This document shows, piece by piece, positions 23,997 to 36,314 of a DNA stretch of 64,000 nucleotides. Within the stretch, counting starts at the first letter, position 1, and each line of letters starts with the position of its first letter. The position numbers and the translations under genes are program-made. The notes under the pieces are model-generated. The model searched no databases, had not been told where the DNA came from, and worked only from the letters and a program-made list of their open reading frames with translations. This DNA is from Eledone cirrhosa. Lineage: Eukaryota. The stretch is from the NCBI GenBank assembly GCA_964016885.1, contig OZ024744.1:61690001-61754000 (forward strand). The letters run 5' to 3'.

Positions 23997-24065
23997 TTCT
24001 TCTTCTTCTTCTTCTTCTTCTTCTTCTTCTTCTTCTTCTTCTTCTACTACTACTACTACTACTAC

Positions 24066-24097
<32 letters not shown>

Positions 24098-24165
24098 CTT
24101 CTTCTTCTTCTTCTTCTTCTTCTTCTTCTTCTTCTTCTTCTTCTTCTTCTTCTTCTTCTTCTTCT
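23997..24165. repeat. (CTT)n/(CTA)n microsatellite
   Basis: Direct reading. Confidence 0.98.
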
Positions 24166-25337
24166 CTACACGTGAAGTCAGTGTGTGTATGTGTACTTAT
24201 ATGGGTGTTGGTATGTATGAGTGTTTGTGTATATGTGCTTGTATGAGTGTTTGTGTGTATGCGTGTTTGTGTGTATGTAAATTAGTGTGCATGTTAGTGT
24301 ACGTGTATTTTTCTTGTTCTATCAGTATATATGGGTATTTGTAAGTGTATGCATATATACATGTGTATGTGTGTTAGTGTAATTATGCGTGTAAGTATGT
24401 ATATATGCATGTGTGCGCTTATGTGCGAATAAGTGTGTAAAATTCAAACAAACAAACGAAAAAAAAAGAAGAAAAACTCTCATCCTCTCAAAAGAAATGA
24501 ATGGAATGCATCGAAGTGAGAAATATGAGTGTTAAAAGTTAAAAACCAACTGAGCTAAGATGGCTATTATTATTTGGAATAAATTCACTGAGTTGTATCG
24601 TCTGCTCTTTTCATAGTTATTTATAGAAAACTGCGTCATGCCAATCATTACTGTCGCTACAGTCGTACAGATGATCGGTAATGGATTCTGAACTTCAAGG
24701 AGACGGTTTCAGTTCCTACCAAACACACAGTAAACCTCAGCCAGTACATCAACATCATCATCAGCATCATCACCGTTATCATTATCATCATCTTCATCAT
24801 CGTCATTATCATCAATGCTGTCATGATCCTTGTCATTGCCGTCATCGTCATCACCACCATCTTCTTCGCCCTTATCCTCACCAGCATTGTCATCATATAT
24901 ATATAATATATAATATAATATATATATATAACAAAATAAGATGCTGAGGTTACATATATCGTTTAATCATAATAATTATTTCCACGGTCCTCCATGCAAT
25001 CGAGATGTCTTTCATGCATTTGCTGTTGATTATGAGAACGGTATCTTCAGATGAAGATCGATATATTTGATATGTTGCTGGCAGGAAAACACACATCCTT
25101 ATGCCTGTGCGCCCATCATACATATGAGTTCCTTGAAGGGTTTGTCAGCCGTCGCGTTTGTTAGAAAAAGCTATCAACGAAAACAGACGAAAAGAACGAA
25201 GAACTGTGTGCAGCCACAACCCAGTAGACAGTTGAAGGTCATGCTGCTAATAAAAACACACACACCTGTTCGTTTTCACTTCAATTTTACAAAATTCTGG
25301 TTGGCTGGTTCAATAACCGGATAGTAGTTTATTTATT

Positions 25338-25378
25338 GTCAAAACTCTTTTGTCACACATTGTGACCTCCTCAGTGAC
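25338..25378 (-). ncRNA. Decayed hammerhead-like motif (related copy at 63380-63422, plus)
   Basis: Minus strand GTCA-CTGAGGA-GGTCAC-AATGT-GTGAC-(A)AAA-GAGT-TT^TGAC; GAAA mutated. Confidence 0.45.
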
Positions 25379-25977
25379 TGATTTGTTATTTTGTGTCTCT
25401 CTTTTGTTCTATCCTACACCATCTTGTTTTTGAGTGTTGTGTGCTATATATATATATATACATATATATCATCATTTTTTCATGTTTGTATGAGTTGGAC
25501 AGATCCTCTTTGACATTGTTTGACATTGTATCTTACACTGGTTGCACTCCTTTGTTATCTTCTTTGTGATGTTCAATATCCTGATATCAGCTTTCATTAT
25601 TCCTTTGCATGTTTTTTGTAGTTTTCCTCATCTTCAAGTACCTTCCACTTGGATCTCCTGGCACTAGCAGAGATAATAGCTTTCTGAACTTATTCTGACT
25701 ACTATGCTTGAAGAGCACCCACATGAACTGCTAATTAGGCATAAATTCATTCCCAGATAATACAGTGGTGAATTGGCAGAAGCATTAGAGCATCAGATAA
25801 AATCACCATAATAATATTCAACCACTATAAATAAGTCGAGAAAATTCAGGTAAAGTACATATATGCACCCCTGTTCACATTTTTCTGACTCCAGGAGTAC
25901 ATTATCTAACCTCCAAACTATTATTTATAGTGATCAACTATTATTATGGTCATTTGTGTTGGGATGCACACATTTCA

Positions 25978-25979
<2 letters not shown>

Positions 25980-26069
<90 letters not shown>
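25980..26069. repeat. (CA)n microsatellite
   Basis: Direct reading. Confidence 0.98.
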
Positions 26070-26074
<5 letters not shown>

Positions 26075-26079
26075 CCATA

Positions 26080-26532
26080 TGTAGTTGACGGATGAGAGAA
26101 AAGAGTACCCAGTACAGAAGTAGAGTTTAAATATTTATAACAAGACATTGGATATTTATTTACGAAGATTGAGCTGAGTAGAGCTGAATAGCTAACATGC
26201 CAAGAGAGATGAAACAATGAATTAAGGATTTCAGAAGACACGGTCCACTGGCTGAAGGGTTGCCAGGCCGTGGTTAAGTTGTTGTGTTACATGTTAGCTC
26301 GTGATTTCACAACGAAAGAAGTTAGGTGTTTACCTTTTCACAGACAGGAAGCGAGAGAGTATACCTTCGGCGGAACACTCCTGGCTTTTCACCAGGCAGC
26401 CGACAGGTGAAAAGAGAGGGAGATAGCTTTCAGCTCTCTCCTTTTATAGTTCCCTGGACGGAAGTCACAAAGAAGGTTCTGCAACCTCAACGGGAAGTAA
26501 CTCCAGCTACTTCTTGTCTAGTGTGCGCTACA
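26080..26532 (-). mobile_element. Probable solo LTR
   Basis: TGTAG...CTACA inverted termini; TATAAAAG (about 26445) and AATAAA (about 26157) in correct order on minus strand; no clear TSD. Confidence 0.5.
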
Positions 26533-26567
26533 TATTCATTTTATTAAGGCTAAATAGTGTAGTCTTG

Positions 26568-27365
26568 TTACTTTGGAGTTTAAAACTGGCTGTCCATGGG
26601 AACTTCTCTATGCAGTTGATTTGGTCCTTATAGCCAAATCCATAAAAAAACTATAGAAACAGAATTTGGAATCAAAAGGTCTGAGAGTATAGTTAGCCAA
26701 AACTAAAGTGCTAGTGAGTAGGAAAGAAAAGACCCTGATCCCTTCAGGGAAGTGGCCTTGCTCCACACATAGAAAAGGAGTAGGCATAAACTCCATACGG
26801 TGTACACAATATAAATCTTGGGTATACAAGAGATGTAGTGAGATAATGAGTAGATTTTGTATGTAGAAGATGCACAGAGGTAATCAAAGGGAAGAGGAGC
26901 ATCAGTGATATAAACCTTTTCCAGTCAGAGGAAGGGTCCATAGAAGTGGTTGATAGCTTCTGTTATCTAGATGACTTGATTAGCGGCAGCGGAGGGTGCT
27001 CTCAGAGCGCCTTCCCATGCGCACAGACTGAAACATACATCTTGTAGGCACCTCTTAACCACTATACCCACCCTTCCACCTCTGTTCACACCACCCTTAA
27101 ACTGTAAAATGTTTGTGTTGGCATTACAACAAAAAGCATCCAGCCCACACTGTAAATTGGTCGTGTAGGAGCCACGACAAAAAGCACCCAGCACACATTG
27201 TATGTGATTGGCGTTAGGAAGGGCATCCAGCCATAGAAACCAAGCCAGAAACAGTTTTGTATGCGCAAGACATGGTCACCTGACCCAACTTGCCTCAAAC
27301 GGAACAACCCATCTAACCCATGCTAGCGTGGAAAATGGGCGTTAAACGATGATGATGATGGTGAT
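26568..27365 (+). mobile_element. RTE fragment with 3' module (tandem repeats, Meta-like domain, (GAT)n tail)
   Basis: FKTGCPWELLYA-like and PSGKWPCS motifs, then ggcacctcttaacc..ttggcgttaggaagggcatccagcc..cccatgctagcgtggaaaatgggcgttaaacgatgatg. Confidence 0.75.
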
Positions 27366-27884
27366 TCACACACACCACATTAACATACACAATTATACAT
27401 ATCGATCATCAGATGTCTAACTTTGCTTTCTTCCACTCGAAGAAATCGACGGTGTTCAGACCTGGAAGGTTGATGGGCTCTGTCAAATTTAAAATGCCAT
27501 AAGATACAATGTATGTCAGAACAGCGTCACTAAGGCCTTAACAGAAATTGAGGGTCCATGGAAGTGATACAGACATTGACAAGAAGCCGACAGGCTGGTG
27601 GAATTAAATTGTCACTCTCACCGTAAGAAATACAGTGAGCCAGTTAGTTATTTGTCGCAAACTTGTAACCAATGACCAAGTACCATATAACATAAATTAT
27701 GTTGACCGCATAATATGGGGGTCATTTTGGAGACTAAATTTCACAATCATTTGCCCTTCCTGGCGTTCACCTTTTATGGCATGCAGGGATACGGACGGTG
27801 AATCTATTTATACCGGATGACACAGTCACAATTATTTAATTAATGTTAGAATCTATTTATTTTATTGTTATTGCTTTCTAATAA

Positions 27885-28325
27885 CAGAGGACTACAGATC
27901 AAAAACATCCTCTTTTCCGCCATGTGCCATCCAAAAGCCGCCTTAAATCCAGGTTTCCTAAAGAGCGTCACGTCCCTTGGAACATCAAGCATAAGTAGTG
28001 AAAGAGTTACTCACTGGGAAGAAAAGCTTGATAACCTCCAATCAGTAACAACAATGGAGTTAAATGCGAGCGAGGCACTTTACCTGGAGCAGATACAAAC
28101 TATGCAGACTAAGATCTGGTGTGGGACGTGCGAAAGTCACTCTTCCAAAATAGGGATATTTAAAGGATGGTGACGTTGTGTGTGACTGCGGTATCGAACC
28201 ACAGACTACACAGCACCTGATATGCATGCTTGACAGAGTTTAATGAGAAAGGACAATGTGTTCAGCTGTGGCAGAACCACATCTAGCCAAATTTTGTAAC
28301 TGATACTCTTGTGGATACGACAAGA
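27885..28325 (+). mobile_element. 3' fragment of an Ingi/Vingi-like LINE (second copy about 31020-31325)
   Basis: KHPLFRH..SRLKSR and (LN)RLRSGVG..K..CDCGIEPQTTQHLIC zinc-knuckle motif; clade tentative. Confidence 0.55.
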
Positions 28326-30224
28326 AAAAAAAGAAGAAATTATTCTTACTCTTTCCCACAATATTACTAAAATATATATCAATCAACATGCTATAACCTA
28401 GAGCGCTGAACAGAAATAAAATCACAGAAAAACTCACATTTTTTTGGCTTGAATTTAAATGTTTTCAGTGTTACTTTTTTCTCTCTTACATCTTTATATA
28501 TGTTTCCACTTTTAAAAATAAATTATTCTTTTTTATGGTGTTTACATGAAATATGACGTTTTCTCCTGTGACATTCCACTCTCAATTCCCATAGATACAC
28601 CAGCAGACAAAACCCCGCCGAACAAAAACCCCACATTGTAAAAAATCAAATCAAATCTATTTATGGATTTTAATAGCAAACATAAAATGTGATTTACCCG
28701 ATAAAGAATAAACTAATATTATATAATCCATCCGAGTTTTATCCAGTGAGGGATTTTGTCCACTGTGTTTTTGTTTGGTTGTGTTTTTGTCATGGACTTA
28801 AACCTACCACTAGTCAACTGATAAACCTCCATGTGATGGCTCGACTTGCTAGAAATAGCAAAATAGACTGATACATTACATATTAAAGTTGTAACTCTGA
28901 ATTCATTATGTCTTAACCAAATGCTGGAATGTCCGTTGGATAAGGAATATCAAAAATTGAACTCAGGGAAAATATCTCAGAGGAGTGTTTTGAATGTAAA
29001 ATACGAATAAATGATGGAGTCTTATATATATAATATTGTGAATTAGAAAAAAATTGATTAAATTAAATGATCTGGGAAATATGTTGAGAAATTAGCCAGC
29101 ATATGAATTTGCTTCATTTTGATCTTGGTGCTATCGTTTTATGAAGAGGCATAGCTTAAACATGGAAATGATTGAACAGAAGATGAAAGGGAGGAAATAA
29201 TTACAATTCTTAAAATGCAAAGGAAAACTGTTCTGTTTCCCATATAGGATTATTACTTCAGGGTGTTTGGTAACACTTTTGATATCAAACCACATGAATC
29301 TGTCTCTGGTTTTATGACATAAATCTGTTTGATTAAAAATATTTATATTTATTTAAAGACTTTCCATAATTCCATGTAACAGCCTTTGTTAAGCTATGTT
29401 TCAAACACCGGCTTAATAATGAGAAAGTTAGTTATATTGCTAAATCTCTTTAACAAAAATCTTAATTATTTTCAATAATGATTTGAAAACATTTCATTCA
29501 AAATATGGTAACGACAATAGCATAACTGTATGTGGGTAGGGGATCAGCCCAGGGCGACACTTTTAAAAGAAGTCGCTATACAATATTGATATTTTGTGGT
29601 GAAGCCGAGTGGTGAAAAACTCGAGCTGACCTGGGAGGCACACGTTCTAGTTACGAAAGGGTTAAAAGTTTATTTGAGTGGGGTTTAATGATTTGACACA
29701 TACCAGCAACTGATTAAGTAGACAGGAAGAAAATTCCTCGCGTAGTCAAGCTCACTGTTGACAAATTCTTTTTTTTTTTTTCAAGTAAGGAAATGAAAAC
29801 TAAAACTGGTGAACGCTTCGATTTCAACTTCTGCAAGAAATGAAGACTGAACAAAAGTATTGGCACATTTCATTTTTAGAGCGAATAATTAAACTTTTTT
29901 TTTCTGATGCTGCAATACAATGATACTGAATTTTATTCTTCATTAACCAAAAACTGATAAAGAAATCAAAGAAATTTGGTCTGCAACATCACATATTCAA
30001 TGGTCCGCAGACAGGATGAAATGAAACTGTGGGCCATAGTTTGCAGATTGATGGTCTAGATAACAGCAGTGATTGATCTGTTAAACATATTTAATAGGCA
30101 ATAAACAAAACAGTATTTAGCCATCTGTGACACTCTTTTGAAACACATTACACATTAACCCTTTTATTAGTATATTTCTATTGAAAGACTGCCTGTAATT
30201 TTCAAAACATTAAAAAAATCATTT

Positions 30225-30380
30225 CTTCCAGCCTGTAGCGTTCGAGACGTTTGGAGGAGCTGGGCTGCTGACAGCGAAGTTCTTGTCATCGTTGGCGGTT
30301 TGCGTTACTGATGTGTCAGGTGATGCCCCTGAGGGTGTTTAGCTGTTCCAGCGCTTTAGCCTCTCCGTCATCTGTTGCAA
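30225..30380 (+). mobile_element. CRE-clade 3' fragment
   Basis: Translates FQPVAFETFGGAGLL...LFQRFSLSVI, homologous to the end of the 430-1990 element; followed by a SINE A fragment (30378-30500, minus). Confidence 0.75.
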
Positions 30381-31977
30381 TAATTGTTTCTACTTTTGGC
30401 ACAAGGCCAGCAATTATCCCAGTGCATTACTGGTACTTTATTTTATCGACCCCGTAAGGATGAAAGGCAAAGTTAACCTCGGCAGGATTTGAACTCAGAC
30501 CATAAAGAGCCGATACTGCCAATCCACTGTAATAATGTTGCCATTATGTTGGCTTGCCTAAAAAAAATATTAGAGGGAGGTTCCGGCACTCTTGTGGTGT
30601 GTGACCGGTTGACATTTAGTGTTGATTTAATATTTTTATTTCGTTTTGATTGTATATTTTTGTGTATTATATTTATGAGGTCCCTAGCAATAATTAATTG
30701 GTTAAATGTATGATTGGTTGACTTATGTTCCCGACGTTACAAGACGGACTAAGCGCTAAGAAAGAAGCATCCTCCTATAAATGCCAGAATTCTCATTACT
30801 AATATAGCCTATAAATTTAGTCACATTTGAAAAGTATGAACACTATAAAACGGGAAATTATGAATCATAGAATCAGGGATAAGTTAGGAATACAACTAAT
30901 TCTTTTATGTTTGTGTTTGGTATATAGCATAACAAAGGTCTAGCGAAAGTTTATGATGGAAGATTTTCAAATAAAACACTTTTGTATCATAAAACCACGG
31001 GCAGTTTCAGGTGTTTGATACAGATGAAAAACATCCTCTTTTCGGCCATGTGCCAGCCAAAAGCCGCCTTAAATCCAAGTTTCCTAAAAAGCGTCACGTC
31101 CCCTGGAACATCAAGCATAAGAAGTGAAAGAGTTACTCGTTGGGAAGAAAAACTTGACAACCTCCAATCAGTAACAACAATGGAGTTAAATGCGAGCGAG
31201 GCACTTTACCTGGAGCAGATACAAACTATGCAGTGAGGAAATGCCTAAACAGACTAAGATCTGGTGTTGGATGTGCAAAAGTCACTCTTGCAAAATGAGG
31301 ATATTATGTGACTGCGGCATCAAACCACTGTCTTTTCGGGTGGGTGAGAGATGTCTTCTCTTGTGAAAATGGGTATAGCTTTCATTATGTAAAATATCCC
31401 CATTTTGCCTTATTTCTTCCCGTTTTGGGACACTTTTTTCCATGGTACTCCCCGTTTGGGTTTTAGAGATTGGCAGGTCTGTTTTAGAGATGTATAAATA
31501 TTGTTGATGCACAACTATTTTCTTCTAAATTAGATTTCTTTTAAAAAATAAAATATATCTTTAATAATATTCTTTTACGTTTTTTTTTTATCCAACCATT
31601 AGGCTGATGTCATGCTAGGACACTGCCTTGAAGATATTTAGTCTATCATCTCGTCCCTAGTGCTTATTTTATCAGGTCTGGTAAGGTCCTAAGCTTTGAG
31701 GACCCCTGTTAAAAAAATTTACACCAGAAGCTCTCACAAAAACTTGCCGTTACATACACACGTGCATGCATACAATGTAGACACAAGACGCGGCGTCACT
31801 AAGTTTAAAATATATTTGCCCGTTAAAACGATATAAATAAATCACACTGAAAATTATTTCGAGACCTCTGCAGATTGTGAAACTCTAAGCTGAAGTTCTG
31901 GTGCGTATTTTATAGATCTCTTTTATTGTCGAATTATAAATATATTCATAAATCGTCAAAAATGTTTCCCCTTTTAG

Positions 31978-32153
31978 AGACCTGTCAACTCTCCTCGTCC
32001 GACGGGGGAGATCTCCCCATCGCCCAGTTTTTGTGAAAATGGGTGTATAGCTTTCATTCTGTAAAACCTCCCCATTTTGCCTCATTTCTCCCCGTTTTGG
32101 GGCAACTCTTTTCATGGTACTCCCCGTTCGGGTTTTTAGTGGTTGGCAGGTCT
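31978..32153. mobile_element. Short MITE (partial second copy about 31335-31480)
   Basis: TIRs AGACCTGTCAAC / GTTGGCAGGTCT. Confidence 0.6.
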
Positions 32154-33213
32154 TCCTTTATTTATTTATTTATTTATTTATTTATTTTCTTCAAAATATA
32201 CTTCGCTAATTATAGGATCTGTCACATCGGCTGTAGCGACATTCGAGGCGGGAAATACAGTAATCCGTTGTCAGTAGACCACAGTCGAGTCAAGTTGACA
32301 GAAAAATAACAAAGAAGCCGGCATGCAGATCAACTTCAAGTGTGAGAAAAAATCAGAATTTACTTGATTCTATTTAAAACAGACAATTAAAAAAATCGAG
32401 AAGGTGAGTTACACCTCAACACACACAAACAAATATTTATATATATATGTGCGTGTATGTATTATATATATATATATATTCCCACACGAACAAACAATTG
32501 ACATTAAAAAATACAAAAAAATACATCGAATAACAAAACAGCAACTGTCATTGTCGTTACTGATATCTTCTCACGAAGATAAAAACGAAGCTCTATAAAC
32601 GACTTCAACAGTATAAAAAACGACAACCAAGACCAACGAGGGAGCCTCTATGCAATTTCTCAAACTGCTAAAACTAGCTGCCAAACCTCCCTCAAAATAC
32701 TACCGATTTGAAAAAAAAAAAAAAGCGAAGGATACATTGAATAAGATAATTCTGAATATACCTCTGAAAAAGACACAGAGAATGCTTTTGATCATGTCTT
32801 CCCAATGACAGTTAACCTAGTCCCAACAACAACAACCACGAATATTCAATGAACTAACGAGATAACCTCTACATTGTTGCTCCATCCTCTAGAAATAGAA
32901 GCTAAATCTCCTTCCCATCACACCTTACCATATTTTCGTTGGCTTTGATGGAGAGGCTTTTGGTTATTTGATCATCAGAACGTATAAGTGGCTAAGCATT
33001 CCACAGACATGTATACCCTTAACATAGTTCTTGGGGAAATTCAGAGATACAAGCCAACAGACAAGAAAATGACACTTGCCCAAGAAACCACAAAGAGGAA
33101 TTGAACCCAGCACCTAATAGCTGCGAAACGAACTCCTTCCTTAACCATTTGGTTATGCTGCAACATATTGATAGAGATAATTCATTAATCAAATGAAAGT
33201 TCAAACAATAATA

Positions 33214-33541
33214 TAGTGTACCCCTAGCATTCGCGATCCCGGTTATTCGTGGGATTTTCCTTAGAACCTAACTAATAATTATTATGGAAACCACCGCATA
33301 TTCGCGGAATCATAAATATCGTCCGCGATTTTTTATGGCGTTTTTCGTGGCAATATATATATTTTTAACGCTAAATTATTAATATATATACCGTATTTGC
33401 CGGCTTATTGAACGCCCCCTTTAAATTATATTTTGACGTTTATAGGCATTTTTATGGACCACATCACGTCCAATATTCGCTGTTTTTCTAGGCTCTTCAC
33501 TCTAGGAACGTAACCTCTGCGAATACCGGGGGTCAAATGTA
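33214..33541. mobile_element. Tc1/mariner (pogo/Tigger-like) MITE, opposite orientation
   Basis: Reverse complement of the 23110-23432 family. Confidence 0.7.
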
Positions 33542-33856
33542 TTCTAAAAAGAAAAGACACATTGGACGTGGATATAAAAAAAGTGGTAGGATGGTGACGA
33601 GCAGAAACCTTTGCTCAATCAGAGATGACAGTTGGCTATGAAACTGTTAGTTAAAAAATGCTTTTTTTTTTACTGTGACAATGCTGGGCTATTGCTTTAG
33701 TTGATTATATCAACTCCAGTACTTATTTTTCAAGCCTGATATTTTATCGCAAGCATTAAACAAACACAGACATGGGCACACACACACAATATATATATAT
33801 ATTGACGCTGTGGTAGTATGGAGTGTAGACCTCTATAAGGCTGAGGCCCTCTACAA

Positions 33857-34179
33857 TAGGGGTTCTCAACCTTTTTTCGCTGTGGACCACCAAAATAAGT
33901 AATTTTTTCCTGTGGACCACCTAAACTTTTAAATCTTTTGTAATAGAACTGCTACTTATAAGCATCAGTAGATGTTTTTTTTCAATGAATTAGAAAATGC
34001 TATTATCATGTCGCAGTGCCTAAAAATCTACGCAAATAAACAGCTGAAGTACTTATGTGAAGAATAAGAACAGCGCTTTAAGTCAAATGCATGGATCAAA
34101 AAAGAATCTGCTATTGAACATTTTCTGTGGACCACCTGAATTTTCCTGTGGTCCACATGGACCAGGTTGAGATCCCCTG
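33857..34179. mobile_element. hAT (Charlie-like) MITE
   Basis: TIRs TAGGGGTTCTCAACCT / AGGTTGAGATCCCCTG with 8-bp TSD CTCTACAA (33849-33856, 34180-34187). Confidence 0.85.
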
Positions 34180-34199
34180 CTCTACAAGACTGAGGCCCT

Positions 34200-35857
34200 C
34201 CGACAACTTCATGATACTCTATTTTACCGCCCTTTATCCTCCGACCCCACTCCTGGCTTCCAATAACTCGTGTCCTCCACCATTAACCAGCTCATTTCCT
34301 CCTCTTTCCTACCCCCTCAGCCACCAACCTTATAGTATACACCCCTCACACACCCACTATCTACTTCCTCCCCAAAGTATGCAAATCAAATAATCCCGGC
34401 CCTCCTATCGTTTCCACTTGGAATACTTAGATACCCTCCTTGCCCTGTTAGTCGTCAACCTCCCCTCCCACATCCACAACGTCAATCATGCCCTTAGATT
34501 CTTTTGCTCCTCCTTCCCTCCTGGCCCCTCTTGCCTTCTCTTTACCCTGGACATCATCTCTCTCTATACCGTCATCCCTCATAATGACGGCCTCCATGCT
34601 CTCCAACACTTTTTAGACTTACACCAGAACTACCACTCTTCTCTGTCTGGCTGAGCTTGTTTTGACCCTCAATGGGTTTTCTATTTCCAGTGAGTTTTAC
34701 CAGCAGATCAATGGGGTAGTGATTGGAGCCAGAATAGATCCCAACTATGCCAACTTGTTTGTTGGCTACGTTGAAACCCAGAACTCCCAGTCCAGTACGT
34801 TGGAGCTACTCCTGAGCTATACAGTCGTTATATTGACGACTGTATTGGCACCACCTCTCTATCACATGAACAGCTCGACCGCTTTCTATCTTTTGTCGAA
34901 TCTTCTCATCCTGATCTCACCTTCTCCGATTCTTCTGTCCCTTTTCTCAATATCTCTCTATTTATCAATCACTCACATGACACCCTCTCTAATTCCATCT
35001 TCTATAAACCGACTGACTCCCACTCTTATCTCGACTTCACCTCCTAACATCCCACCCACACCAAACACCCCATACCCTACTCCCAATTCTTCCATCTTCA
35101 TTGGCTCTGTAGCCAGGACCATGATTTTGAAACCCCACCTTCACATGGCCTCCCACTTTATCCAGCGTAGATATCCCTCCACCCTGATCCAAGCTGCTCT
35201 CACCCGCACCTGTGAAACTGACCGTACCACTGCTGTCTCACTCCCCCAGCGCCCTCCCCAACACCTCCTCTCTCACTTGCCACTCCATCACCCTACCTCT
35301 CCGGCGACATATTCTCTGCTCTTTCCGCACCCTCTCTCTGACCCCCGTCACTTCTCACTTTTTTCCTAACCTTCCTATCACCGCATTTAAGCGCGCCCGT
35401 AATCTCTACGACCTCCTGGTATGCAGTTCCTTCTCATCCTCCACCCGGCTCTCATTTTTGTTCTCATCCCCGCTGTAACGCTTGTCCTTTCATCTCCACC
35501 CTCAGCACTCTCACAGGCCCTAACGGGTCATTCTGTATCTGCTACTCTTTCACCTGCACATCTACCCACATCTATGCCCTTTGGTGTTCCCTTTGCAGAT
35601 CTTTTTAAATCGGACAAATCAGACACCATTTAATGGACCGTTTTGCTGAGCATTTGAGGGACATACGACTCGGTATGGAGACTCCTGTCACCCGTCATTT
35701 TCATTCCCCAGGTAACTCTTCCCTACATGTCTCGGTCCTTGATGTCCTTTTACATCACAGATCACAGGCTTCGGACACCAGGACTGAAAAGAGTCTGATT
35801 TACCGCCTTGGATCCTGTTTCCCTAATAGACTCAACTCCCCTTCCCAATTTCTTTAA
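34200..35857 (+). mobile_element. Penelope-like element (Neptune-like), decayed RT + GIY-YIG
   Basis: LDIISLYTVIPHNDGL, YQQINGVVIGA..PNYANLFVGYVE, RYIDDC, FYKPTDSH, DRFAEHLRDIR..PVTRHF; C-rich sense strand; decayed hammerhead downstream at 36166-36201. Confidence 0.85.
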
Positions 35858-36314
35858 TTTTACACATATATGTTCGTGCTTCCTTCTCTACCCCTTAACC
35901 CCCCCCCCCCCCCCCCTGTCCGTTATCACATGTGCTTGTACATTCACCCCTAGATTTCTATGGCTCTCTTATGGTCAGAAACATATACTCTTACAGCTGA
36001 TACAGATCAACAAAATATGCACTCACACCTCTACTTTTCCCTTCACAGATCTGTATACAGTTTTCCAAGAAATGGCAGCATGAATAGACCTTTTATTTTT
36101 CTCTAAAATCTTTTTTAATGATTCCGTCCTGCCCATCCCTTCAAGCTATCTAATTTCTCATTCTTTCTTCTGATGAAGGACTAGTGTCCAAAACGTTAAG
36201 AGCCTCTTCCTGCTATTTCAAGCGTAAAACTAATATATTCCTTCTATATACTGTACCGATTGTGTTGTTATTTCTGTTTACCTTTTACATTCATATATAT
36301 ACACATCTCACATC

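Noticed and set aside
23440-24947. ORFs rich in Leu, Phe, His or Cys-Val
   Set aside because: Translations of (CTT)n, (CAT)n and (TG)n microsatellites
24650-25140. Possible host micro-exons
   Set aside because: AG/GT candidates exist but there is no recognisable peptide; cannot be supported without transcript data
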